Shown: positions 10,312 through 20,172, numbered from the stretch's first letter. The stretch is DNA of 64,000 nt from an uncultured Methanosarcinales archaeon (GCA_964353335.1 CAYGVI010000003.1:419694-483693), one strand, 5' to 3'. The notes: a model not told the origin generated them from the sequence alone. Made by a program: numbers and translations.

Positions 10312-10763
10312 AATCCAACCTTAGGGCGCTTTCAGGAAGGGACTTGAAGCCTGTACTTGCGAGGATAAAGGAGCAATGGGATGCTGAGATTGATTTTCCC
10401 TGGGCTTGGTATCAAAGCACCAAGAATTACTTATTCGTGATTAGCAAGGATATCACCAAGATTGACCCAACGAAATTGAGAATAAACTCAGTCGGATTGT
10501 ACATCGGCGAGTTCAAGAAAGGAGAACTAAGGCTGAGCATTGAAGGCTCGCAATTAATCGGTCCGCACGCAAAAAAGAACATTGTTGAGCTTGACCAGAA
10601 AGAATTAAGACTGTGGCTTAGAGGCGAAGATTTAATCAAGGAAGTCAAGGAAGAAGGCTATGTAATAATAAAGTCAAACACTGACTTTGTCGGCTGCGGA
10701 AGAGTTAAAGAGGGAAAAATTCTCAATTTCGTTCCAAAGGCAAGGCGCTTGCTGGTGGATTAG
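10308..10763 (+). CDS. NIP7/RsmF C-terminal-like PUA-domain RNA-binding protein
   Basis: GLYIG...RLSIEGSQLIG...WLRGEDL...VGCG...NFVPKARR; ATGA overlap with infB stop. Confidence 0.7.
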   Translation: MKSNLRALSGRDLKPVLARIKEQWDAEIDFPWAWYQSTKNYLFVISKDITKIDPTKLRINSVGLYIGEFKKGELRLSIEGSQLIGPHAKKNIVELDQKELRLWLRGEDLIKEVKEEGYVIIKSNTDFVGCGRVKEGKILNFVPKARRLLVD

Positions 10764-10788
10764 CTTTTTAAGCGCAGACATTCTATGC

Positions 10789-11283
10789 ATGTTAATGAAC
10801 CCAAGAGACCCGATTACAATTCACCGCATACCCTACCGGGCAGGTGAAGGGCTGGATATTGAACGCCTGACAGCAGGAACGCTCATACCTGATGAGCGGC
10901 GCCAAAGCGCAAAAGAATACTGTTCGTTATTCAGGGCGTTTCCAGGCGAGATATCAGGGCACCAGGGATTTTTGAATTTCCAGATTGTTGAGACAGCGCT
11001 TGACAGGAGGGATTTGGGAATCACTTTGGTTTGCGTTGAGCCTTACTGCGATGCACGATACGTTGGCAGGGCGCTTATCCACGCAGCATTGGTAATTGCC
11101 CAGAATGAAGGCGCAAAGTCCCTGTTTGCTTACGTGGACCCTGACAATTTGCAATCACAGTCGTTTTTTGAGCGAAACAGCTTTTACAGGAAACAGCACA
11201 GTAACGGTGTTGAGTATACAACACCTGTTCCTTCAAAAGAAAAGCTCCCCCTTGACCAACTGCTCATACGCGCTCAAGAATAA
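10789..11283 (+). CDS. GNAT-family N-acetyltransferase
   Basis: VEP...VGRALI (degenerate motif A), V..DN..SQSFFERNSF (motif B). Confidence 0.65.
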   Translation: MLMNPRDPITIHRIPYRAGEGLDIERLTAGTLIPDERRQSAKEYCSLFRAFPGEISGHQGFLNFQIVETALDRRDLGITLVCVEPYCDARYVGRALIHAALVIAQNEGAKSLFAYVDPDNLQSQSFFERNSFYRKQHSNGVEYTTPVPSKEKLPLDQLLIRAQE

Positions 11284-11653
11284 CAACAATGTGCTCTTCA
11301 GGGTTCTTAAGAAGCTCAATCATTTTCTTTGACAAATCGCCAGCTGACTTGTCTGCATTAACAATCAGCGTGCTTGGTGACATTTGCGGCCCTTTCCTGA
11401 TAATAATGTCATTTCCAGGCATAAACCCCATATTGCACTCGCCTGTTATTGTCTCAACATAAGACTTGACTTTAAGCGTGATTTTCAGCTTTTTAGAGAC
11501 CTGCGCAAGCGCTGAAACAGCGTCTGGCTGGAAATCAGAGCGGGTTCCAATCACAGAATCCCCTTTTGGAATAACCCCTGTCTTCTGTGTTAATTCAAGA
11601 ACTCCCTTGTGCGTTCCCTCAATTCCCGCGTGTCCGTAAGCATTGAACTGCAT
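11264..11653 (-). CDS. DUF371-family protein
   Basis: AYGH...TH...ELT...GDSVIG...IIRK...TL.VNADKSA.DL. Confidence 0.7.
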   Translation of the reverse strand: MQFNAYGHAGIEGTHKGVLELTQKTGVIPKGDSVIGTRSDFQPDAVSALAQVSKKLKITLKVKSYVETITGECNMGFMPGNDIIIRKGPQMSPSTLIVNADKSAGDLSKKMIELLKNPEEHIVVILERV

Positions 11654-11685
11654 AAAGAACAAGAAATGCCATCGAATATATTAAT

Positions 11686-12777
11686 TTACTTGATATGTAT
11701 CTCCAGAATATCGCCGTCTTCAAGCCTTTTTTCAAGGTTCCTGAACTGCTGTCCTGGGAACTTTGCTGACTTGCCCCAGATTTTGGCAAACCTGAACTTC
11801 CTTACAAAGTCCCTGTGAATCCTGCCGCAAACGTCCCCGATTGTTGTTCCCTTGCGCAAAACCATTGGCACATCCAAATCAGGCTTCTTTCCAACCTCTT
11901 TCAAAAATATCCTCATAAAGTTCAGGCGGGTAAAAATCAGCTCTTTTAAGTCAGGGATGTTCACGTTCTGCTCTGCGCTGACAGCAAGGTCAGGATTCAG
12001 CTTTTCAATCAGGTCTTCCTGCTGGAATTCATCAAGAAGGTCAAACTTTGTGACAATAGTTACTGCGGGAATATAGCGCCTGTTTCCCTCAACAGCGTCG
12101 ATAAATGTGTCAATGGTTACCGGGCTTCTGATGATGACCTCTGCGTTGTTTATCCTGAATGTCTTCAAAATCTCTGTTATTGTTTCCTTGCTGATTCCCA
12201 ATGCGACTGTTGAGCTGATGCTAATTCCTCCCTTTAATTTTTTCGCAATCTTGACATCTGGCGGATTTGTGTTTATCCTGACTCCAACATCATAGATTTC
12301 CTGCAGTATTGCCGGATAATGCTCAGGGTGCGGGGCTTCAATAAGTATCAATATCAAATCAGAAGAACGCATCATTGCGAGCACTTCTTTTCCCCTTCCT
12401 CTTCCCGAAGCAGCCCCTGCGACTATTCCTGGCACGTCAAGAATCTGGATTTTTGCCTGGTTGTACTGCATTACGCCGGGGATTACAGAGAGTGTTGTGA
12501 ATGCATAAGCAGCGGTCTTGCTTTTCGCGCCTGTAATCTTGTTAAGTAAAGTGCTTTTTCCGACAGAGGGAAAGCCCAAAAGAATAACTGTTGCATCGCC
12601 TGATTTCTTGACAAAAAATCCTGCGCCAACGCCTTTCTTTGCAGCGGCAACTTCCATTTTTTCGCGCAGCCTTGCAATCTGCGCCTTTGCGACTCCGAAA
12701 GCGTGTTCAGTTGCTTTGTTATACTGCCACTTTCTCATTGCATCTTCAATTTCCTTGATTCGTTCAGGAATACCCAT
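11686..12777 (-). CDS. drg: DRG/Rbg-family GTPase with TGS domain
   Basis: NKATEH, GFPSVGKST, YAFTT, DVPG, WGKSAKFPGQ. Confidence 0.93.
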   Translation of the reverse strand: MGIPERIKEIEDAMRKWQYNKATEHAFGVAKAQIARLREKMEVAAAKKGVGAGFFVKKSGDATVILLGFPSVGKSTLLNKITGAKSKTAAYAFTTLSVIPGVMQYNQAKIQILDVPGIVAGAASGRGRGKEVLAMMRSSDLILILIEAPHPEHYPAILQEIYDVGVRINTNPPDVKIAKKLKGGISISSTVALGISKETITEILKTFRINNAEVIIRSPVTIDTFIDAVEGNRRYIPAVTIVTKFDLLDEFQQEDLIEKLNPDLAVSAEQNVNIPDLKELIFTRLNFMRIFLKEVGKKPDLDVPMVLRKGTTIGDVCGRIHRDFVRKFRFAKIWGKSAKFPGQQFRNLEKRLEDGDILEIHIK

Positions 12778-12831
12778 TGTTATCCCACTGCTCCGAAAAG
12801 GTTTATAAAAGCATTACTGTTTTCAAGGAGC

Positions 12832-13371
12832 ATGGCATTTTTGCAGTTATGGGCAGAAGCACAGGGCTGGGTTAACACAATCGCCTCTGCAGTGATAGTC
12901 CTTCTCATAGGTTTCATTATAGGCAAGGTTTGCAGCAGGCTCGCCCAGCGCGGACTGCACGAGCTTGAACTCAATAATATCCTCGGCAAGGCAGGGATAA
13001 AGTTCGGCATGGAAGAGTTCCTCGGGCATTTGATTGAGTACCTTATCTATTTCATCGCGATTGTCATTGCCCTTGACCAGCTCGGAGTCACGGCGATAGT
13101 GCTTTACATTGTCATAGCGGCAATCCTCATAGTCCTCGCGATAGCATTCCTGCTCAGTATGAAGGACTTTATCCCGAACTTCATTGCGGGAATAAGACTG
13201 GGGCACAAGAAGCTTTTCGCAGTCGGAGACACGATAACAATCGGCTCAGTCAGCGGCAAAGTCAAGGAAATCGGCCTTCTGGAAACAAAGCTGGAAAGCA
13301 AGAACAAGGACATAATCCACGTCCCGAACGCAAACATAATGCGCCAGGAAATAAGAGTCAGGAAGCGTTAA
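12832..13371 (+). CDS. mscS: Small-conductance mechanosensitive channel (MscS family)
   Basis: TM helices, NFIAG, F.VGD.I, G.VKEIGL..T, VPN. Confidence 0.8.
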   Translation: MAFLQLWAEAQGWVNTIASAVIVLLIGFIIGKVCSRLAQRGLHELELNNILGKAGIKFGMEEFLGHLIEYLIYFIAIVIALDQLGVTAIVLYIVIAAILIVLAIAFLLSMKDFIPNFIAGIRLGHKKLFAVGDTITIGSVSGKVKEIGLLETKLESKNKDIIHVPNANIMRQEIRVRKR

Positions 13372-13375
13372 ATCT

Positions 13376-13624
13376 CTACCTGTAAAGTGCGTTTCCTAAT
13401 TTTTTTCGCAAATAAGCAGCTTTTGAATCATATTTTTCTTTGGCCAGCTTGCCTTCTCTAAAAAGGCGTTCAATATTGGGCATTTCCAGCAGTATGACCT
13501 CGTCTATTACGCCTCGCAGTCGCGGGGTCATTTCTTCAGCGGTTCTCAGGACCAGTTCGCGCCTGAACCATGTTCTGGGGTCATACCATACGCGCAATTC
13601 TTCAGGAGTAAAGTCGTTTCGCAT
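13376..13624 (-). CDS. Hypothetical protein
   Basis: ATG ORF filling the gap, TATA-like element upstream. Confidence 0.5.
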   Translation of the reverse strand: MRNDFTPEELRVWYDPRTWFRRELVLRTAEEMTPRLRGVIDEVILLEMPNIERLFREGKLAKEKYDSKAAYLRKKLGNALYR

Positions 13625-13714
13625 CAGATGCTGTCAATTACTGGTTATTAAATATCTTCACAAAAGAATTCAGTTAAATGACTTCCAGCAAGGAAACCAA
13701 GAACTTGTTCTGTC

Positions 13715-14149
13715 TTAATGCTTTATGTGGTATTCAATGAATTTGTAGACTTCTGAGAAACCCGAATCATGAAGGCCAACACGGGCACAGACATCAGGTA
13801 TGCCCTGTTTCTTGATGCCTGCCTTGATCATTGCCTCAAATTCCCCTGCAAGCGTTTCACCAATTTTTATTCCTGACTTTTTCAGCAGGTCAACCTTTGC
13901 ATCCAGATAGCAGGTTTTAACAGTGTAAGAAATAGACCTTTCTTGTTTGTGAACCCAGACCAGCACTGTACAATCTTTATAAATCAGGTCTCCGCCATTT
14001 GGATGTTGACCAATTAAATAGGTGTTTCCCTGCCGTTCTGTCATGCCGCATTTATTTTCAACTTTCGGCAGCCTGAATTCCTTTGACAGGCGTTCAAGAA
14101 TTTGTGTCAGACTGTTTTCATCAACTTGTTTCTTAACAGCTGTTGCCAT
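13715..14149 (-). CDS. Hypothetical protein
   Basis: 144-aa ATG ORF, TTTATAA box upstream. Confidence 0.6.
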   Translation of the reverse strand: MATAVKKQVDENSLTQILERLSKEFRLPKVENKCGMTERQGNTYLIGQHPNGGDLIYKDCTVLVWVHKQERSISYTVKTCYLDAKVDLLKKSGIKIGETLAGEFEAMIKAGIKKQGIPDVCARVGLHDSGFSEVYKFIEYHIKH

Positions 14150-14200
14150 TTACTGACGCAACCTGTCTGATTCTTATAAAGCTTCGGAAGAATGCGGTAA

Positions 14201-14440
14201 TCAGATAACTTCTAACAAACTAACAATATTGAATATCTGCGTCCTTGTGTATGCCTGCATGTTGTTGTCGTCTGTAAGCTGTTCGAGCTCCTGCAGTGCC
14301 TTTGAGACCTTTATCGGCATTTCGCCGTCCTGCTCAAGGACTGATATTGTGCTTGTGATTTTGGTCTTAATGTTCTTCGGCACCTGGTTGTCCTGCTCGA
14401 GTTCTCTCAATGCCGCAATAACCATTGTCAATTCGTCCAT
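14201..14440 (-). CDS. UPF0147 family protein
   Basis: D..VPKNI...D.NM..YTRTQI.NIVS.LE. Confidence 0.85.
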   Translation of the reverse strand: MDELTMVIAALRELEQDNQVPKNIKTKITSTISVLEQDGEMPIKVSKALQELEQLTDDNNMQAYTRTQIFNIVSLLEVI

Positions 14441-14445
14441 AGAAA

Positions 14446-14775
14446 TCACTTCTTGAGCTTGCTCATGACCTCTTTCTGCAGCGTCTCTGCCTTGTCCTTG
14501 AGCTGCTTTTCCTGCTTGTCAATGTTCTTCAAGCGTAAATCAAGTATTTCCTTCTTTGAGCCTAATTCCGCCTTCAATGCGGTCTTGTCTGCTTTTATCA
14601 TCACATTGCCGACAATCTTGTAAGCGTCATCTGTCTTCTCAATTTCTTTCAGCGCGCTGTCAATCTCAAAAAGCTGCGCCTGGAACTGCTGTTTTTGCAT
14701 TTGAAGAGCCTGGACATTCTGCTCAATCATCTGAAGCTTGTTTATGCTTTCCTGTGTTTCTTTTGGTATGTCCAT
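14446..14775 (-). CDS. pfdB: Prefoldin beta subunit
   Basis: Coiled coil flanking AYKIVGNVMI hairpin; follows rpl37ae-rpoP. Confidence 0.92.
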   Translation of the reverse strand: MDIPKETQESINKLQMIEQNVQALQMQKQQFQAQLFEIDSALKEIEKTDDAYKIVGNVMIKADKTALKAELGSKKEILDLRLKNIDKQEKQLKDKAETLQKEVMSKLKK

Positions 14776-14782
14776 AGAACCC

Positions 14783-14920
14783 TTAAACTGCCTTGATTTT
14801 TGTCGGTGTGCTGCGGGACTTGTAAAGCATCTTGCTTCCGCAGTACGGGCACCTTACCCTCTTGCCCATCATGTCCTCTGAGATTTTCTTTCCGCAAGCA
14901 AAACAGGTGTACTTTACCAT
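14783..14920 (-). CDS. rpoP: RNA polymerase subunit P (Rpo12)
   Basis: Not in ORF track; MVKYTCFACGKKISEDMMGKRVRCPYCGSKMLYKSRSTPTKIKAV, between rpl37ae and pfdB. Confidence 0.92.
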   Translation of the reverse strand: MVKYTCFACGKKISEDMMGKRVRCPYCGSKMLYKSRSTPTKIKAV

Positions 14921-14922
14921 TT

Positions 14923-15228
14923 TTACGCCTCTTGTCTTTCTTCGTCAGGCTTTTCCTGCGTTTCAGCCAGTACTTCCGCGATTGGAGGCAGCGCTTCTAT
15001 GCTTGGCTTTGCCACGAATGTGTAAGCCTGCCCTGCGAATTTGTTTTTGCACTTTGTGCAGTACCAGATTCCCTTGGATTTGCGGACAACCTTGTCCTTG
15101 TTGCAGTAAGGGCACTTTGTGCTGTTCTTCTGCATTATCTCAATGGCGGCGCGCTTGAACTTTGTGGTTCTTCCATAGCGCACTCCAAACCTTTTTACAG
15201 GCCCCAAACCCTGCTTCTTTTCTGCCAT
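14923..15228 (-). CDS. rpl37ae: 50S ribosomal protein L37Ae
   Basis: RFGVRYG, CPYC, GIWYCTKC, FAGQAY. Confidence 0.95.
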   Translation of the reverse strand: MAEKKQGLGPVKRFGVRYGRTTKFKRAAIEIMQKNSTKCPYCNKDKVVRKSKGIWYCTKCKNKFAGQAYTFVAKPSIEALPPIAEVLAETQEKPDEERQEA

Positions 15229-15403
15229 AGTCCTTCGTGAAACAGCAGTTGGTTTTTAAAGGTTATTGTTTTAAACCGAAAGCACTATTGCATGCAAAGG
15301 TTAATAAACCAAGTTCCCGATTTAATTCACCATGAACACGGCAAGGCAATTCAAGGCATAGCATCTTCTTGATAGTCATTAGCCTGCCTGTCGGTCACCC
15401 AAA

Positions 15404-16504
15404 ATGAACCTTACCTCAAATGAAAAATTCCATTTGAAGAAATTTATCAAGGAATTGGATAGCTGTAAGGCTGCGCACACAGAGTTTGTCACGGTCTATG
15501 TCCCTTCAGGCTATGACCTTATCAAGATAATGCAGCACCTTGCACAGGAGCAGGGCACTGCGAGCAACATCAAGAGCGCGAGCACAAGGAACAATGTCAT
15601 TGACGCACTTGAAAGGATGATTCAGCATTTGCGCATTGTCGGAAAGACTCCGCCAAATGGCTTGGCGGTCTTTGCAGGAAACATCCTCGCAAGGGAGGGA
15701 AAGTCAGATGTCCGCGTGTGGAGCATTGAGCCGCCAGTTCCGCTGAAGATGCGCCTGTACAAGTGCGAGAAAAACTTTGACCTTGACATCCTGCGTGAAA
15801 TGATGGAGGCAAAGGAGGTTTACGGGCTTGTGGTTATGGACGCAAGGGATGCAATTATTGCGTTATTGAAAGGCAAAACAATTATTCCATTGACAAAAGC
15901 CCACTCGCACGTTCCAGGCAAGTTTAAGGCAGGAGGCCAGTCAGCGGTCAGGTTCCAGAGAAACCGCGAAATCGCAGTCAGGGAGCATTTTGGCAAAATT
16001 GCAGAAGTGATGAAAGGCCAGTTTTTCACAATGGAGGGGCTGAAGGGAATCATTGTCGGAGGTCCAGGGCCGACAAAATACGATTTCGTTGACAGCGGCT
16101 TAATCACCACAGACCTCAAGAAAAAGATTCTCGGCATCAAGGACCTGAGCTATACAGAGGAATTCGGGCTTGAAGAGCTTGTTGACAAGTCCCAGGACAT
16201 CCTTGCGCAAGAGGAGATTGCAGATGAGAAAAAGATTGTCACAAGGTTCCTTGAGCTTTTGGCGACAAAGCCCAACATGGTCGCGTATGGCGAGGCAGAA
16301 GTCAGGAGGATGCTTGAGATGGGTACAGTTGACACCCTGCTTCTTTCAGAGCAGCTGCCTGACGAGAAGATTGAGGAGTTTGAGCAGATCGCGAAGAAGT
16401 TCAGCACAACTATCAAGATTATCTCAACAGAAACAAGGGAAGGGTCGCAGTTGAAAGACCTTGGAAAAATGGGCGCGATACTGAGATACGAAGCAGGATA
16501 TTAA
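15404..16504 (+). CDS. prf1: Peptide chain release factor aRF1
   Basis: TASNIKS, YxCxxxF (YKCEKNF), GGQS, GGPG. Confidence 0.96.
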   Translation: MNLTSNEKFHLKKFIKELDSCKAAHTEFVTVYVPSGYDLIKIMQHLAQEQGTASNIKSASTRNNVIDALERMIQHLRIVGKTPPNGLAVFAGNILAREGKSDVRVWSIEPPVPLKMRLYKCEKNFDLDILREMMEAKEVYGLVVMDARDAIIALLKGKTIIPLTKAHSHVPGKFKAGGQSAVRFQRNREIAVREHFGKIAEVMKGQFFTMEGLKGIIVGGPGPTKYDFVDSGLITTDLKKKILGIKDLSYTEEFGLEELVDKSQDILAQEEIADEKKIVTRFLELLATKPNMVAYGEAEVRRMLEMGTVDTLLLSEQLPDEKIEEFEQIAKKFSTTIKIISTETREGSQLKDLGKMGAILRYEAGY

Positions 16505-17124
16505 GCAATGTTCTTGATGATGTTTTCCTGTTCCACACGCGAGTTCTCAGCCCTTCCGTTAACCATCATTGTCGTGATGTTGTTAACGCGCTGTATGTTC
16601 ACGCTTCCCTGATAGTCCCTGAAGCTGACCTGCGTCTGGTTGAGCTTTATTGTGAACCTGTTCTCAAGCCTTATGCTTCCTGTCAGCTTCTCGCTGAACG
16701 AGGACATGTTGACAGTGAGCGCCTCAACGCTTCCGACTTTCATTACTATTGTCGCGCTTTCCCTGTTTGTGAACTTGATATTCAGCTGGTTGCCGCTAAG
16801 GCTTTCCATGTTTCCTTCAAGGACGATGTTCTTTGTGTCCCACCTTATCGTGCCGACAAAGTCAGCCACCATGAAGTTTCCTGAGCTGTTGATTTCATCA
16901 GTCCTTGTGGTAATGCGCGCAGATTCTGGCGCTGAGAACTTGATTGCGGTGTGGTCTGCAGAGATAATCACGTCGCTCTTGGTAATGTCAAATGTGCCTG
17001 AAACAGTGCTGTTGTCCAGAGCAACAAGGCCTGTGGGGCTCAAAAGGCTGAATCCGCCTCGGAATGCAAGGAAGCCCAGCAAAAGGATTAGCACCACTGT
17101 CAGTCCAGGAACCAATCCTCTCAT
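16501..17124 (-). CDS. Membrane-anchored exported beta-rich hypothetical protein
   Basis: Likely start MRGLVPG; N-terminal hydrophobic helix, several N-x-S/T sequons. Confidence 0.6.
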   Translation of the reverse strand: MRGLVPGLTVVLILLLGFLAFRGGFSLLSPTGLVALDNSTVSGTFDITKSDVIISADHTAIKFSAPESARITTRTDEINSSGNFMVADFVGTIRWDTKNIVLEGNMESLSGNQLNIKFTNRESATIVMKVGSVEALTVNMSSFSEKLTGSIRLENRFTIKLNQTQVSFRDYQGSVNIQRVNNITTMMVNGRAENSRVEQENIIKNIA

Positions 17125-17199
17125 TGCCCCGTTTTTAACCAACCAAACCACCAGTGCAGTATTTTGAACAGCATTATATAAACATTTCGCGGAATATTT

Positions 17200-17889
17200 A
17201 TGTATCGCGCCAATAAGCAGTCTTCCATGGACCTTGTTAGGGAGGCATTTAACGCGGTTTTTCCTGAAAAGCCGTATGTTTATTCTGCAGAGGTGAAGTA
17301 CTCTGGAAAGTTCAAGGGCTACAATGCGAACATCAGGCTCAGCAGGATGCAGAAGCATATCGTCCTTAATCTCAGCAGGCAGTGGAAAACAGTCTCAAGG
17401 GACATCCAGCTCGGCTTGGTCCAGCATTTGCTGTGCAGGCTGTTCAAGGAAAGGCGGGGCTCAACGCCGATGGACCTGTATAATTATTTCATCAAGAGCG
17501 TCCCAAGGACAATTGCAAAGACAAAAACAAATCCTGTCCTTGAAGCCAGCTTCAGGCGCGTAAATGATGGCTTTTTCAGCGGGATTGTCGAGCAGCCAAA
17601 CCTTGTGATTGGCAATGGAGTCACAAAGCTCGGCTCCTATGACCTTGGCACTGACACTGTAAGCATAAGCTCAATCCTTTTTGAGCATCCGCATTTGATG
17701 GACTATGTGATGTACCACGAATTACTGCACAAAAAGCACCAGTTCAAGGGCGCAGGATTAAAGCGCACTTTCCACAGCTCACAGTTCAGGAAAGACGAAA
17801 AGTCATACCCGAATTCAGCGCATCTGGAAAGGGAGCTTTCACAGCTTGTTTCAAGGGCAAAGAGAAGCTCATTCTGGGACTGGTTATGA
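17200..17889 (+). CDS. SprT/M48-like zinc metalloprotease-domain protein
   Basis: LGSY, YVMYHELLH (HExxH), downstream H..F. Confidence 0.75.
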   Translation: MYRANKQSSMDLVREAFNAVFPEKPYVYSAEVKYSGKFKGYNANIRLSRMQKHIVLNLSRQWKTVSRDIQLGLVQHLLCRLFKERRGSTPMDLYNYFIKSVPRTIAKTKTNPVLEASFRRVNDGFFSGIVEQPNLVIGNGVTKLGSYDLGTDTVSISSILFEHPHLMDYVMYHELLHKKHQFKGAGLKRTFHSSQFRKDEKSYPNSAHLERELSQLVSRAKRSSFWDWL

Positions 17890-17944
17890 TTAACACCATA
17901 TTCTAACGAAAACTATTTAAATAGCCCTCTTTCCGAAAAGGATA

Positions 17945-18346
17945 ATGTCGACGAAACTTGTGGGAGCAACGTCTATCAAGGAAGGAAGCTTTATCCTTGT
18001 TGACGGCGTTGCGTGCAAAGTCGTAAACACTGACATAAGCAAGTCAGGAAAGCACGGCCACGCAAAAGTCCGCATTGTCGCAATAGGCTTGATAGATGAA
18101 AAGAAGCGCGAAGTCATCATGCCAGGCCACGACAACGTCGAAGTTCCACTCATAGAGAAGAAGACAGCCCAGGTCCTCAGCGTTACCGGAGACAAGGCAA
18201 ACGTTATGGACACAGAGACATACGAAACATTTGATTTGGCAATACCTGCGGATATAAAGGAAGGCGTTGTCGAGGGATGCCAGGTTTTGTACTGGATCAT
18301 ACTGGGCGATAAGGTAATGAAGCAAATCAAGAGCAGTGCTGACTAA
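17945..18346 (+). CDS. eif5a: Translation factor aIF5A
   Basis: SKSGKHGHAK hypusine loop. Confidence 0.96.
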   Translation: MSTKLVGATSIKEGSFILVDGVACKVVNTDISKSGKHGHAKVRIVAIGLIDEKKREVIMPGHDNVEVPLIEKKTAQVLSVTGDKANVMDTETYETFDLAIPADIKEGVVEGCQVLYWIILGDKVMKQIKSSAD

Positions 18347-18507
18347 TGGTCAAGTTCCCCGAAGCTGACGCGCGGATGTTCCGCAACAAGTTTGTCTGCA
18401 GGAGATGCAAGTCTGTAATCAATGCTCCGAACAGGAAGATAGCAGAAGGCGCGGTTAAGTGCAGGAAATGCCAGAACAAGCACTTCAAGCCAAAGCGCAA
18501 GAAGTAA
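18346..18507 (+). CDS. rpl40e: 50S ribosomal protein L40e
   Basis: Not in ORF track; MVKFPEADARMFRNKFVCRRCKS...KCRKCQNKHFKPKRKK; TAATG overlap. Confidence 0.9.
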   Translation: MVKFPEADARMFRNKFVCRRCKSVINAPNRKIAEGAVKCRKCQNKHFKPKRKK

Positions 18508-18539
18508 ACCTTTTATACGAGTAGATTGCCTGTTCTCTA

Positions 18540-19712
18540 ATGGACTCCCAATACATTCTGCTTATCGCGTTTATCCTCCTGATGATTCTCTTTTCTATCC
18601 TGCAGCGCAAGAACATCCAGATGCAGGGGATTTTCCCAATATTGTACTTTGTGATGTGGCGCACCCAGAAGGGGCTGAAGTTCATGGACAGGCTCGCGCA
18701 GATGATGCCGAGGTTCTGGTCGTGGTTTTTCGGCATCGGGATTGTAGCAGGCTTTGCAGGAATGCTGATGATAAGCTATGAGCTAATCAGGACCACTGCC
18801 CTGCTTTTCATTTCACCCGGATCAGCCCCGGGAATCCAGCCAGTGCTTCCATTCCAGGCAGAGGGTGTGTTTTTTGTGCCGTTTGTCTACTGGCTGTTGA
18901 GCATTTTCCTTATCGCAGGAGTGCACGAGTTCTGCCACGGCATTGCTGCGAGGATTTACAAAATGCCTGTCAGGAACGCAGGGCTTGCATTCCTTGGGGT
19001 GATTGTCCCGATTGTTCCTGCTGCTTTTGTCGAGCCTGACGAAGCATACCTGCAGAAGCAGTCCAAATTCAGGCAGTTGAGCGTTTTTGCCGCAGGACCT
19101 TTCGCAAACCTTGTCATGGCGGGGATTATTTTCCTGATTGTCATTTTTGCCGCAAACCCATTGGCGCAGTCAATGCTTTTGCCTGACGGCGTTAGGATAA
19201 CCAGCGTAGAAACAGGAAGCCCTGCTGCTTTGGCAGGAATGCAGAAAGACGAGATTATAACATCAATTGACAGCCTTCCAACAGCTTACCTTGACAACCT
19301 CAGCACAGCACTATCCGCAAAAAAGCCAGGTGACACAATTGCATTGCAGACAAGGAACGCAACATACAATGTTGCGCTCGTAAAAAACCCGAAGAATGAG
19401 TCCAAAGTCTATCTAGGGGTGTTTTCAAGGCAGCACGCAGAGATAAAACCGCCATTCAAGGAAAAATACGGCGAGTGGTCTGTGCCGATAATCTTGTGGC
19501 TTTTCGGCCTGCTGTACTGGCTCTTCCTTTTGAGCCTCGGCATCGGCTTGTTCAACCTCCTGCCCATTGGCCCGATTGACGGCGGAAGGATGCTGCAGCT
19601 CGCAATGCAAAAGCTTTTTAAGCTACCGATTGGTTTGAAAGTCTCGAGGTTTATCAGCATCGCGTTTTTGCTGCTGGTGGTTATCAATGTTGTCAAAGGC
19701 TTCATTCATTAG
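18540..19712 (+). CDS. Site-2 protease (M50) with PDZ domain
   Basis: HEFCH, AFVEP, AAGPFAN, PDZ (GSPAALAG), NLLPIGPIDGG. Confidence 0.92.
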   Translation: MDSQYILLIAFILLMILFSILQRKNIQMQGIFPILYFVMWRTQKGLKFMDRLAQMMPRFWSWFFGIGIVAGFAGMLMISYELIRTTALLFISPGSAPGIQPVLPFQAEGVFFVPFVYWLLSIFLIAGVHEFCHGIAARIYKMPVRNAGLAFLGVIVPIVPAAFVEPDEAYLQKQSKFRQLSVFAAGPFANLVMAGIIFLIVIFAANPLAQSMLLPDGVRITSVETGSPAALAGMQKDEIITSIDSLPTAYLDNLSTALSAKKPGDTIALQTRNATYNVALVKNPKNESKVYLGVFSRQHAEIKPPFKEKYGEWSVPIILWLFGLLYWLFLLSLGIGLFNLLPIGPIDGGRMLQLAMQKLFKLPIGLKVSRFISIAFLLLVVINVVKGFIH

Positions 19713-20172
19713 CATTGTGGCATGCGTTCTTGTGATAGCCCTGCTTGGCTGCCAGACATCGCCAACAGGCGGTGCAATAATCACTCAGGAGCAGACAGGC
19801 CCAAAGGATGTTGTTGTTACCAGCGAGCCAGTGCCACAGCCAGCCGCACAGCCAGCAAAGCCTGTGCCAGTTCCTCCGAGCGGAATTCCCACTAATGTTC
19901 TTCCAAGGCCAGAGCCTCAGGTAATAATCATACCTGAAAGCAAGCCTGCAGCAGACCCTTACAAGGCGTGCGTTGACAATTGCGATGCCTCGTGCACAAC
20001 TTCTGCGACATTCTCCTGCAGCAAGCCAAGCGGCACTGACTGCAAGGCAGCCTGCGGCAACATAATTGACCCGTCTGCCTGTTCCACAGCGTGCTCATTG
20101 AGGAGCGCGAGAATCTGCGAGCCAAAGTTCATAGAATTCTGCACAGCGCAATGCGTCGGCAAGTGTCATTAA
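19687..20172 (+). CDS. Putative lipoprotein with Pro-rich linker and Cys-rich C-terminus
   Basis: Hydrophobic N-terminus ending LLGC; repeated CxxxC. Confidence 0.65.
   Translation: MLSKASFISIVACVLVIALLGCQTSPTGGAIITQEQTGPKDVVVTSEPVPQPAAQPAKPVPVPPSGIPTNVLPRPEPQVIIIPESKPAADPYKACVDNCDASCTTSATFSCSKPSGTDCKAACGNIIDPSACSTACSLRSARICEPKFIEFCTAQCVGKCH

Noticed and set aside
15332..15403. Genome-wide amber recoding suggested by the two in-frame TAGs
   Set aside because: TAG ends other clear genes in the window (e.g. 10763, 19712), and conserved genes are uninterrupted under the standard code.
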